Assembly (NCBI GenBank): GCA_030525945.1
Contig: JAUNDT010000003.1
Span: 37,319 to 101,318 of the forward strand
Origin: Coriobacteriaceae bacterium
GTDB taxonomy: Bacteria > Actinomycetota > Coriobacteriia > Coriobacteriales > Coriobacteriaceae
Length of the DNA: 64,000 bases
Direction of reading: 5' to 3'
Part shown: positions 46,087-55,252 of the stretch, one piece after another
Position numbering within the stretch: the first letter of the stretch is position 1
Layout of the letters: every line of letters starts with the position of its first letter
Position numbers and translations under genes: made by a program
Notes under the pieces: model-generated
Told to the model about the DNA's origin: nothing
The model's database searches: none
The model's input: only the letters and a program-made list of their open reading frames with translations

Positions 46087-47139
46087 ATGCAGCGTTACGT
46101 GTACGGCGATATCGAGGCGGCCGAGCCCTATGAGGGGGAAGACGGATCGCGCGTCATCTCCTTCTTCATCTTCAATACCGAGGTTCACCTGCACGCGTAT
46201 CCTGGGGACGGCGCTACTGCGGACGAGTTTTCGCAGCTGGACGAGGCCCTCAAGGCGTGCCGCGACAGATGCCAGTTTTTCGAGGAGCGCCTCTCTCGTA
46301 TGAGGGAGACGTCGGATATCGCGCGAGCGCACGCGGCGTCTCCGCGCCCGGTGCGCGTCGCGCCCGAAACGGCGGAGCTCATCTGCGCATCGATTGGATA
46401 CTGCGAGCGAAGCCGCGGGTGCTTCGACATCACGATGGGCACCGTCACGAGGCTTTGGGACTTCCACGCCGGCGTGGTGCCGAGCAAGCTCGCGCTCTTT
46501 CGCGCGCTGCCGCACGTGGGGTACGAGAAGATCCACGTCGACGCGGGCGGGCCTGCGCCGCAGCTTTCCATCGACGACGCCGAAACGGTGCTCGACGTTG
46601 GGGGCATCGCCAAGGGCTACATTGCCGATGATTTGGCCGGGCTGCTCGAGCGTGCGGGCGTCGTGCGCTTTGCGATCAACCTGGGCGGCAACGTGCTCGT
46701 ACGCGGAGGGCGCCCTGGGGACGCGGGCGCGAGCCCTGCCGTGCGGGCGGGTGACGCGTGGAGTGTGGGGATCGTCAACCCGCGCGATCCGGCACACATG
46801 CGCGCTATCGTGCGCATCGCGGACGGATCGGTGGTCACGAGCGGTCTGCACGAGCGCCGGTTCACCAAAGGCGGCGTGACGTACCACCATATCTTGAGTC
46901 CCGCCGACGGCATGCCCGCCCGCACCGACGTCGCCAGCGCGACCATCATCGCTCCGCGCTCCATCGACTGCGACGGCTACTCCACGACGGTCCTCATGCT
47001 GGGAATGGAGGAGGGCCTCGCCTTCGCCGAGGGCATCGACGGCATCGAGGCGGTGCTCATCAGCAGCTCGGATGAGGTGCGCTGGACCGAAGGGATTGGC
47101 GAGCGGCTGTCGCTCGTTCCAACGCTGCCGCGGTGGTAG
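46087..47139 (+). CDS. apbE: FAD:protein FMN transferase (ApbE family)
   Basis: FDITMG, LDVGGIAKGYIAD, VTSG..ER, YHHILSP and DGYST. Confidence 0.9.
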   Translation: MQRYVYGDIEAAEPYEGEDGSRVISFFIFNTEVHLHAYPGDGATADEFSQLDEALKACRDRCQFFEERLSRMRETSDIARAHAASPRPVRVAPETAELICASIGYCERSRGCFDITMGTVTRLWDFHAGVVPSKLALFRALPHVGYEKIHVDAGGPAPQLSIDDAETVLDVGGIAKGYIADDLAGLLERAGVVRFAINLGGNVLVRGGRPGDAGASPAVRAGDAWSVGIVNPRDPAHMRAIVRIADGSVVTSGLHERRFTKGGVTYHHILSPADGMPARTDVASATIIAPRSIDCDGYSTTVLMLGMEEGLAFAEGIDGIEAVLISSSDEVRWTEGIGERLSLVPTLPRW

Positions 47140-47363
47140 CGTGCCGCTGTGCGGGCGGCACTGCAAAGAGGACCAGGCTGTTCGCGGGCGCGCCGGGGCG
47201 CGCGGGGTTGTTTGTGGCCCGTGTGCGATGCTCTGCTTTAGCGCAGTAGTGTGCTACACTCCTCTACGGTGGTGTATGTGCTGCCGTTTTATAGACACAA
47301 TGCGTGCGCGCATGCGCTGGTGCGGCGCATGCGCGCATATAGTGCAGCGGGTTGGGTGATGGC

Positions 47364-47663
47364 ATGAATATCGAGAAGATGTTTGAGCGTACGGACGTTG
47401 AGCAGTTGGTCGAGGCGTTCGAGGCGGTTGAGGGCGCAGACGAGATCCGCGCGTTCCTCACCGACCTGTGCACCCCGCGCGAGATCTGCGACTTTGCCCA
47501 GCGCCTGCAGGTTGCCCGTTATCTGGATGAGGGCGAGCCCTACGTTGAGGTGCAGGCCCGTACGGGCGCCTCATCGACGACGGTGAGTCGCGTGTCCAAG
47601 GCCCTGAACGGCGAGTACGGCGGCTATCGCAGCATCCTCGTGAAGCTCGGCGGGTCCGAGTAG
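47364..47663 (+). CDS. YerC/YecD-family TrpR-related protein
   Basis: DLCTPREI...QRLQVA...TGASSTTVSRV..ALN..YGGY. Confidence 0.88.
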   Translation: MNIEKMFERTDVEQLVEAFEAVEGADEIRAFLTDLCTPREICDFAQRLQVARYLDEGEPYVEVQARTGASSTTVSRVSKALNGEYGGYRSILVKLGGSE

Positions 47664-47700
47664 GGGATTGCGCGGAAGCGTGCGGAGCGAGCGCGAATTG

Positions 47701-47732
47701 AAGCGGCCGGTTGCCATGCCGGTCGCTTTTTT
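47701..47732 (+). terminator. Terminator after the YerC-like gene
   Basis: aagcggccgg-ttgccatg-ccggtcgctt followed by tttt. Confidence 0.75.
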
Positions 47733-47819
47733 GTTGGCGCGCGCGGGCGCGTTCGCCGGCTGTGTCCGGGCGGGCGTGTAGGATAGTTCATACGAAGCAA
47801 TCGGAAGAGGCGAGGTGTC

Positions 47820-50800
47820 ATGGGTGGCTCTGCGTATATCACCAGCGCGGGATCGGAGCTTTTGCAGTCTGAGGTGCAAGTTGTTCGGTCGTTCATTCAA
47901 AAGCACGGGCGCGTAGCGGTCCTCGTGCCGAGCTACGCCGAGGGCGAGCTGTGCCGTCGCGGCTTGGCGGACGCCGGCGTGGGCATGTTCGCCGACGTGC
48001 TGACCCCTGCGGCGTGGATCGAGGGGCTGTGGCGGCTGCTGGGCGACGGCACGCGCCTGGTGAGCTCGGTCGACCGTTTGCTGCTGTGCTCGCGGGCGCT
48101 TGATGTCGAGCACGACGGGGCTGATTCTGAGGGTGCCGCGCTGGCGGACAATCCGGGCACGGTGCGCATGCTTGCCAACGCGGCGCGCACGTTCATGCCC
48201 GCAGCACTTCGCACGGGCGCGGCAGATGGCGAGGACATTTCGGCGTCCGAGCGTTGCGTGCTCGAGGCTCTGGCACGCTACGGGAGCCTTCTTGGCGCCC
48301 AGGGGCTCTGCGAGCCGTCCGCGGCGGCGGATGCGCTGGCGGACCGTCTTGCCGAGGCGGCGCCGCCGTGCGCGAACGGGGTTGTGCTGCGGGGCGTGTC
48401 CGATTTTCCCGAGTATCTCGTGCGCCTGCTTGAGGCCATTGCCGAGCGCGGGGACGTCGCGGTGCTTTTGAACGAGCGTCAGGCCCTGCTGCTAGATGAT
48501 CTAACCGCGCGCTTGGGGTGGCCGTGCGTCGATATGAAGGGCGAGGGCCCCGCCGTTCCCGCACTTTCGTTCGGCGAGGTGTGCGGTCCCTCCGCGCGCG
48601 CCGCTTCGTATACGAAGATCGCGCTTGATTTGCTGGATAATTCGCCTTCCCGTGAGGGCGCCGACGAGGCCAAGCTCGCCGGCGAAGCCGCGCGGGATGC
48701 CGAGGGCGGTTGCGTTGAGAAATCCTATGCACTCGCCATCGGCGCGCCCGAGCCGTTCGATGTGTTCGCCGCCGTGGCGCCGCGCTTGGCCGGGCGGGGC
48801 GTCTTCGCCCGCGCGGAGGGCTTCGTCGCGTTCGAGCGCACGCGTGCGGGCGAGGAGTTCTTCACGCTCATCGACTTCCTCAACCGGCTCAATACGCAGG
48901 AGACGAGCGCCTGGTGGCCGGCGCCCGAAGTGGCGGATTGGCTGCGTTCCCCCTTTTCCGGCGCAGGCGCGAGCCCACATGTTGCGCTGTCCCTCGACAC
49001 GTACATGCGCAAGACGCGCGCGATGGACAAGGAGCGCCTGTTCGCGGAGCTAGACAGCAGGCAGAGCCGCGAGATGAACCGCGAGCGCGATGCGGCGCTG
49101 CAGCAGGAGCGCGAGCATCGCCCCGTGGTGTTCAAGTCGGTGATCGACGCCCTCGATGCCAAAGCATACGCTCGGGCGCTCACGCTCATGCTCGAGGCTG
49201 GCAGCGCCGGTGCGTCGGCTCTCTTTGGGGCGGGTGGCCTGGCCGTCCAGCAGGTTGAGCTCGCGGCCTTGCAGCGCGCTGTTGAGCTGCTTGAACGTGC
49301 GGGTGAGCTGGGCGTGTCCCCCGAGCGCGCACTCGTTGCGCTGCGCGCGCTGAAGGTACGCGCGTCGGTTGCGTCGTGCGCGGGGAGGGCGGCGCCCACG
49401 GTGCTCATAACGGGTGTCGATGCGCTGTCCGCCGCCGCGGCGGGCACGTACGCGTCGGTTCTTCTGGTGGACGCGAGCGCTAATGCGTATCCGCTTGCCG
49501 AGCGCGAGACGCCCGAGTCCGTTTTGGCGGCCAAGCTGGGGTATGCGGGCATTCGCCTGGCTCCGGCGGCTCGTCAGCGCGACCAGTTCGACCGCGCGCT
49601 TCAGGCGGCGGGGCGCTCCGCGGCGCTTGCGTACGTGACGCACGACAACGGGTCCGAGGAGCTGTATCCGGCGCTGGCGTATGCCGAGCTTCGCGAGGCC
49701 GCGTGCGCCGATGACGCAGGCGCGCTGCTCGAGGGGCTGCCGGGCGAGGGCGAGTTGTTCTCCAATCTCGACCCCGCACTCGGCGCCGGCGCCGAGCTCG
49801 ACGATGCCCCGCGCCGCTCCGAGCATGTTTTGCCCGAGGAACTGCGGGGGTACGTGCTGCTGCCCAAGCGCTGCATCAACGGCCGCCCGGTCACGCGCTC
49901 GCTTTCCGCCTCGCAGATCGAGAATTACCTGGCGTGCCCGTACCGCTGGTTCGTGAACAGCCGCGTCGTCACCCGTCGTTTGGATGTGGAGTTCGGCCCC
50001 ATTGAGCGCGGTAACTTCGCCCACGACGTTATGCAGCGTTTTTACGAGCGCCTGGCGGAGTGCGGCTTGGTGCGCGTGCGCCCTCAAACGATCGACGCGT
50101 GCATGGAGCAGATGGATATCGCCTTCGACGAGGTGCGCCAGGACCACCTTCGCGGCAAGTACACGCACGGCAAATACGCCACGCAGGAGCGCCCGCGCCC
50201 CATTCGCGGGGCCTTGGTTCCCCTCGACGAGCTGGAGCGCAAGCGCATGGACGCCATGCGCGAGCAGTTCCATGAGGTCGTGCGCCATGAGGCGGATCTG
50301 CTGCCCATCTACGAGCCCGCTCGATTCGAGTACTCCTTCGACAAGCAGGGGGTGCGCTACGCCGGCCGGCCGCTGGGCGGGCGCATCGACCGCATCGACG
50401 TCGCCCCGGACGCGGGGAGCGGCGAGCGCTTCGTGGTGATCGATTACAAGACCGGCGCGAATGTGGACGCCATGGCGTGCCCCGATCCGACTATGGGGTT
50501 TGAGCTAGGTGAGGAGCTCTCGCCCGATTGGCTGCCGGGCCGTGATAAAGACAAGGCGCCCAAGGTCCAGACGCTCATGTACGCAACGGCGCTCGAGCGC
50601 GCGACGGGCGGCTCGGCGCAGGGAGCGGTGTACTACGGCCTGCGCGGGCCCAGCATCGCGGGCGCGGTGTCGAGCGCGCTGACCGAGTGCGAGCCCTCGG
50701 CGTTTCCCGCCGATAAAAAGGCGTACCCCTATCCTGGGGTCAAGGGTCGCCTGCGGGTCAAACGGGACGGCGAGATGGAGTTTTCCGAGCTTCTGGACCG

Positions 50801-50918
50801 TGTGGAGCAAGGCGTTGCTCGCGAGCTCGACGCGCTTGAGGCGGGCGCGATCGCCCCGTGCCCCGCGTCCGATTCCTGTGCGTACTGTCCGCTCACCATG
50901 TGCGAAATGAGGCGTTAA
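47820..50918 (+). CDS. addB: AddB-like PD-(D/E)XK nuclease with an Fe-S staple
   Basis: LSASQIENYLACPY, GRIDRID...VIDYKTG and C-terminal CAYCPLTMC; coupled to a UvrD-like helicase gene. Confidence 0.75.
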   Translation: MGGSAYITSAGSELLQSEVQVVRSFIQKHGRVAVLVPSYAEGELCRRGLADAGVGMFADVLTPAAWIEGLWRLLGDGTRLVSSVDRLLLCSRALDVEHDGADSEGAALADNPGTVRMLANAARTFMPAALRTGAADGEDISASERCVLEALARYGSLLGAQGLCEPSAAADALADRLAEAAPPCANGVVLRGVSDFPEYLVRLLEAIAERGDVAVLLNERQALLLDDLTARLGWPCVDMKGEGPAVPALSFGEVCGPSARAASYTKIALDLLDNSPSREGADEAKLAGEAARDAEGGCVEKSYALAIGAPEPFDVFAAVAPRLAGRGVFARAEGFVAFERTRAGEEFFTLIDFLNRLNTQETSAWWPAPEVADWLRSPFSGAGASPHVALSLDTYMRKTRAMDKERLFAELDSRQSREMNRERDAALQQEREHRPVVFKSVIDALDAKAYARALTLMLEAGSAGASALFGAGGLAVQQVELAALQRAVELLERAGELGVSPERALVALRALKVRASVASCAGRAAPTVLITGVDALSAAAAGTYASVLLVDASANAYPLAERETPESVLAAKLGYAGIRLAPAARQRDQFDRALQAAGRSAALAYVTHDNGSEELYPALAYAELREAACADDAGALLEGLPGEGELFSNLDPALGAGAELDDAPRRSEHVLPEELRGYVLLPKRCINGRPVTRSLSASQIENYLACPYRWFVNSRVVTRRLDVEFGPIERGNFAHDVMQRFYERLAECGLVRVRPQTIDACMEQMDIAFDEVRQDHLRGKYTHGKYATQERPRPIRGALVPLDELERKRMDAMREQFHEVVRHEADLLPIYEPARFEYSFDKQGVRYAGRPLGGRIDRIDVAPDAGSGERFVVIDYKTGANVDAMACPDPTMGFELGEELSPDWLPGRDKDKAPKVQTLMYATALERATGGSAQGAVYYGLRGPSIAGAVSSALTECEPSAFPADKKAYPYPGVKGRLRVKRDGEMEFSELLDRVEQGVARELDALEAGAIAPCPASDSCAYCPLTMCEMRR

Positions 50919-53900
50919 ATGGCTGCTATCAAACTGGATGCCAAACAGGAGCGAATCGTCAAGACGCTCGAAGGGCCGCTGTTCGTTTCCGCCGGCGCGG
51001 GCTCGGGAAAAACGTTCACCCTCACGCAGCGCATCATGTACGCCCTGCGCCCCGGCTCCAAGCCCCGCGAGCAATGGGCCGACCCGAACGTCCCCGAGGC
51101 GTTTTTGGACAGCATCGACCAGGTGCTGGCCATCACCTTCACGCAAAAGGCCGCCGAGGAACTTAAAGAGCGCATTCGCTCCGCGCTGGTCGCCGAGGGC
51201 ATGGATGCGCAGGCCGCCAAGGTGGACAACGCGTGGATCTCGACCATCCACGGCATGTGCTCGCGCATTATCCGGGCGCATGCACTTGATTTGGGGGTCG
51301 ACCCGGCGTTCGGCGTGGCCGATTACGCCGACGATCTCAAGCGGGCGGCTGTGGAGCACGTGCTCGGCCGCGCCGTTGAGCAGGACGCGACGGGCGGCGG
51401 CGCTTACGACGAGCTGCTCCGTGCCTTCACGCTTGAGAGCGAGGGCGGCGCGGGCAGCGGGTCGAGCCTGATGTCGATCTTGTTCAAGGTGCTCTCCGCC
51501 GCTTCCGCCCAGGTGGGGGGATTGAGCGCCTTTGCGCAGGTCAAGCCCGTCCCTTCCCACGTTGCCGTTATGGAGGCGTATCGCGAGATCGCCCTTGCGC
51601 CCAGCTACGCCAATGCCGAGGCGGCGCAGGTCGCCCTCGATGCCCTCGATTCATATGTGATGTCCGGCCGTGATATGGACGCTCTGCGCGCGTGCTTTGC
51701 CTCGTGCGGCGAGCTCTCCCTGCGCGGCCGTGGCATGGGCAAGGACGAGAAGACCGCCGTCGCCGAGGTGCGCCGCGAGCGGACGCTGTTCTTCGCCGAG
51801 GCGTTCCTGGCCCAGAAGGGCGCCGCGCTCGAGCAGCTCATGGCGCTCGCCGCCGAGGTCCAGGCGGAGTACGAGGCGCTCAAGGCCGAGAAGTCCCTGC
51901 TCGACAACGATGACCTGCTCACGCGCGCCTACGATGCCCTCAAGAACAACCCGCTCGTGCGCGCCGAGTTCGCCAGCAAGTTCAAGATGGTCATGGTGGA
52001 CGAGTTCCAAGACACCGCCCAGCAGCAGGTGGAGCTCGTGCATCTGCTGTGCAGCCCAGACGGTCGCGAGCTGTGCACCGTGGGTGACGCCCAGCAGTCC
52101 ATCTATCGCTTCCGCGGGGCGGACGTCTCGGTGTTTCGCCGCAAAAAGAAGCAGGTTGAGCAGGCTGAACAGGGTGTGAGCTGCAGTCTCGACGTGAACT
52201 TCCGCAGTCATGCCGACATCCTCGCCTATGCCGACAAGATCTTCGAGGGTGGCGAGGGTAACCCGCTCGGCCGCGACTTTTTGCATCTCGATTCGTGCGG
52301 CGAGCAAACGCGCAAGGGCGCACGCGCGCTCGTGGACCCGGCGAGCGCGCGTCGCCAGGCGGTGCTGGTTGCGGGCGGAAAGACGGACGCGCGCGCCGAA
52401 CAGAAGGCCAGGGCCATTGCCGAGCGCTTCGCCGACCTGCGTGAGCGCGAGGGGTTCGAGCCCCGCGACATGGTCATCCTCATGAGGGGCTTAACGCACG
52501 CCGACGTGTACGCTCGCGCGATTCGCGCGGCCGGCATGCCGTGCGTGGTTTCCGGCGGCACCTCGGTGTTTCGTCAGGCGCCCGAGGTGGGCGCCATCGC
52601 GAGTCTCCTGGCGTTCTTGGCGAACCCCGACGATGGGCAAAAGGGCCTGATGCCGCTGCTCACCTCGCCTATGTTCGGCTTGGGAGCTACCGAGCTCTTG
52701 GCGCTTTCCACGCATATCGATCCACAGGCGGGCATCGTCGATTCGCGCACGCTCACCGGGCAGGTGTTTTTGTCCGGCGAGCTCATGGAGGAGTTCGGGC
52801 ACCTGCCGCTTTTGGAGCGCGCGCGTGAGGTGCTCGCGCGCGCGGTGGGCCGTGTGGGGCGCGACCGCGTGGCGGATATCGCGCGCGACGCGGTGCATGA
52901 GTCGGGGTGGCTGCTTCGCCTGGAGCGCAGCGGCGAGGCCCAAGATCGCGCCGTCGCCGCGAACGTGCTCAAGGCGCTCGATATTGTTGAACGTGAAAGC
53001 GCAGGTAGAGCGTACGCGCCCCGCCTTGTGGCGCGGGCGTACGAGAGCCATGTCGCCCACATCAAGGAGTCGCCCGCGGTTCTGAACGGAGCCGATGGCA
53101 ACGCCGTGCGGATCATGACGGTCCATGCGTCCAAGGGTCTGGAGTTTCCGGTGGTTGCCGTGGCGGAGTGCGACGGCATTTCGACCGACAAAGACGCGTT
53201 CCAGTCGGTCGAGCGCGGCGGGCGCGCGTTTTGGATGGCTCGCCCCAATCGCTTTGACGTTGCGGACGACGCGAAGATGCTCGGCAAAGTCGAGCTGGAC
53301 GAGGATGAGATCACGCACGAGATCCCGGATGAGGCCGCCGAGGCGTTCGCGTATATGAAACGCGAGAATCGCCTGCTCGATTACGAGGAGGCGGCGCGCC
53401 TGCTGTACGTGGCGATCACGCGTGCCCGCGAGGTCGCGATCCTGACCTTTGGCGTGAAGTATGCAACGGAGCTCGTCCCGGGGCATGGTACGTCGCTGGT
53501 GGGCGAGGTGCTGAGCCGCATCCTGCCGGTCGACGAGGGCAACGACGGCCTGCCGGATTTGGGTGCGGGCCGCCTGGCATTTGACGATTCGAAGGAGGGT
53601 GACTTCCAGCTTATCGCGCTCGACGAGCTCAACTACCCCGGCAAAAAGGGCGTGCACCGCACGTATGCGGCGGTCGATTACGCCCCGATTGAAGCATGGG
53701 GAAGCCAGGGCACGTCCGGGCTTTGTGACGCTCGGGGCGAGGGCTCGGATGGCGGCGCTGCCTTGTGCGGCGGCGTTGTTGGCGCCGGGGCTGCTGCCGG
53801 CTTCGATGCGGCTGCGGCCCTGAGCTGCGGTGCCGGCGGTGCTGATGCGGCCGCCCGCGATGAGGCGGCTGGCGGGTTTGGCTCCTCTTCGCGCGCCGCG

Positions 53901-54884
53901 GGCGGTGCCGGCGGTGCTGATGCGGCCGCCCGCGATGAGGCGGCTGGCGGGTTTGGCTCCTCTTCGCGCGCCGCGGGCGGTGCCGATGCGGCTGCCTGCG
54001 ATGGGGCCACCGACGGCTTTTGTTCCGCTGCGTGCGCCGCGGGTGTTGGGTCGGATGGCGTTCGTTCCTTCGCCCTCGTGACGCCCGCCGCCGTTGATGT
54101 CGATATTGTTCCGGGCATCCGCTCGCCTCGTGCGTCGTATAGCTACTCCTCCGTTTCCCGCGAGCTTCATGCCGAGGCGGAGGACCGTGCGGTCAATGCG
54201 GGCCCTGCGGACGGAACTGACCTTGAAGGTGCGGATGCCGTCCTGACCGACATGCCTGCCGCTTCCGTTGACGCGGCCCGTGAGGCCACCGAGGTCGACG
54301 GTGCCGAGCAAACGGGCGGGGATTCCGCAATGCAGGCGGCGGCTCCTGCGGGCGCCGCGACGGACGCCACGAATCTGGGATCGGTGGTGCATGACGCCTG
54401 CCAGTGGATGATCGAGTCGGGTATGGATGAGGTTCCCGCTGAGCGCGTCGACGCGCTGTGCCGCTATTGGGGCTGTACGCCCGAGCAACGCGTGCGCATC
54501 GATGCCGCGCTGGAGCGCTGGCGCGGCTCCGAGGTGCGTGCGGAGGCTTTGAGGTGGCCATGCGTGCAGGCGGAGGTGCCGTTCTTCAGCCAAGGGATGG
54601 ACGAGCTCGCCGAGCGCTTCGCCCCGTATGCCGAGGGCGCCATCGACCTGCTCTGCACCGACCCCGCCGACCCAACGCGTGCGCTGGTGATCGACTACAA
54701 GACCGGCGGCCATGCATCCGAGACGCCCGAGCGCCTGCAGGAAAAGCACGCCCTGCAGGCCCGCGTATACGCCGACGTCCTGCATAAGCAGGGCTACACC
54801 CGCGTGACCCTCAAGTTCGTCCGCGTCGAGCAGCCCGACGCAGACGACCCCACCCAGCCCCAAGTCGTAACCTACGAGCTCTAA
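50919..54884 (+). CDS. addA: AddA-like UvrD helicase with a C-terminal nuclease
   Basis: AGAGSGKT, STIHG, VDEFQDT, GDAQQSIYRFRGA, MTVHASKGLEF, LYVAITRA and GAIDLL...IDYKTG. Confidence 0.85.
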   Translation: MAAIKLDAKQERIVKTLEGPLFVSAGAGSGKTFTLTQRIMYALRPGSKPREQWADPNVPEAFLDSIDQVLAITFTQKAAEELKERIRSALVAEGMDAQAAKVDNAWISTIHGMCSRIIRAHALDLGVDPAFGVADYADDLKRAAVEHVLGRAVEQDATGGGAYDELLRAFTLESEGGAGSGSSLMSILFKVLSAASAQVGGLSAFAQVKPVPSHVAVMEAYREIALAPSYANAEAAQVALDALDSYVMSGRDMDALRACFASCGELSLRGRGMGKDEKTAVAEVRRERTLFFAEAFLAQKGAALEQLMALAAEVQAEYEALKAEKSLLDNDDLLTRAYDALKNNPLVRAEFASKFKMVMVDEFQDTAQQQVELVHLLCSPDGRELCTVGDAQQSIYRFRGADVSVFRRKKKQVEQAEQGVSCSLDVNFRSHADILAYADKIFEGGEGNPLGRDFLHLDSCGEQTRKGARALVDPASARRQAVLVAGGKTDARAEQKARAIAERFADLREREGFEPRDMVILMRGLTHADVYARAIRAAGMPCVVSGGTSVFRQAPEVGAIASLLAFLANPDDGQKGLMPLLTSPMFGLGATELLALSTHIDPQAGIVDSRTLTGQVFLSGELMEEFGHLPLLERAREVLARAVGRVGRDRVADIARDAVHESGWLLRLERSGEAQDRAVAANVLKALDIVERESAGRAYAPRLVARAYESHVAHIKESPAVLNGADGNAVRIMTVHASKGLEFPVVAVAECDGISTDKDAFQSVERGGRAFWMARPNRFDVADDAKMLGKVELDEDEITHEIPDEAAEAFAYMKRENRLLDYEEAARLLYVAITRAREVAILTFGVKYATELVPGHGTSLVGEVLSRILPVDEGNDGLPDLGAGRLAFDDSKEGDFQLIALDELNYPGKKGVHRTYAAVDYAPIEAWGSQGTSGLCDARGEGSDGGAALCGGVVGAGAAAGFDAAAALSCGAGGADAAARDEAAGGFGSSSRAAGGAGGADAAARDEAAGGFGSSSRAAGGADAAACDGATDGFCSAACAAGVGSDGVRSFALVTPAAVDVDIVPGIRSPRASYSYSSVSRELHAEAEDRAVNAGPADGTDLEGADAVLTDMPAASVDAAREATEVDGAEQTGGDSAMQAAAPAGAATDATNLGSVVHDACQWMIESGMDEVPAERVDALCRYWGCTPEQRVRIDAALERWRGSEVRAEALRWPCVQAEVPFFSQGMDELAERFAPYAEGAIDLLCTDPADPTRALVIDYKTGGHASETPERLQEKHALQARVYADVLHKQGYTRVTLKFVRVEQPDADDPTQPQVVTYEL
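53827..53985 (+). repeat. In-frame 75-bp tandem repeat (2 units plus a partial) in the addA linker
   Basis: GAGGADAAARDEAAGGFGSSSRAAG repeated exactly. Confidence 0.9.
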
Positions 54885-54890
54885 TCCCAA

Positions 54891-54927
54891 AATGCGTCAT
54901 TTAGGGTCAGACCCTAAATGACGCATT
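54891..54927. repeat. Perfect 18-bp-arm palindrome
   Basis: aatgcgtcatttagggtc-a-gaccctaaatgacgcatt. Confidence 0.9.
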
Positions 54928-54961
54928 ACGTTGCAGAGCGCGAATCAACATAGTCGACATA

Positions 54962-55084
54962 GCCCCGGGGGCCGGAGCGCATCGTCCCGCGCGCAGTTCC
55001 GCACGAGCCGAAAGGCACTTAATGTGCCTTTCGTGCGAGCCAGGACTGTCCGAGCACGGGATGATGCGTGCAGGCCCCCGGGGC
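54962..55084 (+). repeat. Structured interspersed repeat, copy D (divergent)
   Basis: Same core as A/B with different, still complementary stems. Confidence 0.85.
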
Positions 55085-55252
55085 GGTCAGGCCCGTGAGA
55101 CGAGCGTGAGGCCGAACACGGTGTGGACCTTCGGCGGGCAACGCGTGTTCGCCTGTTGTGTCCGGTCGGTCGGGTAGAATCGAATGCATTCAAACATGGG
55201 GCCTTACGCGCCCTTACGGAGATTCTCAGCACATCACATTGGAGACGAGCAC

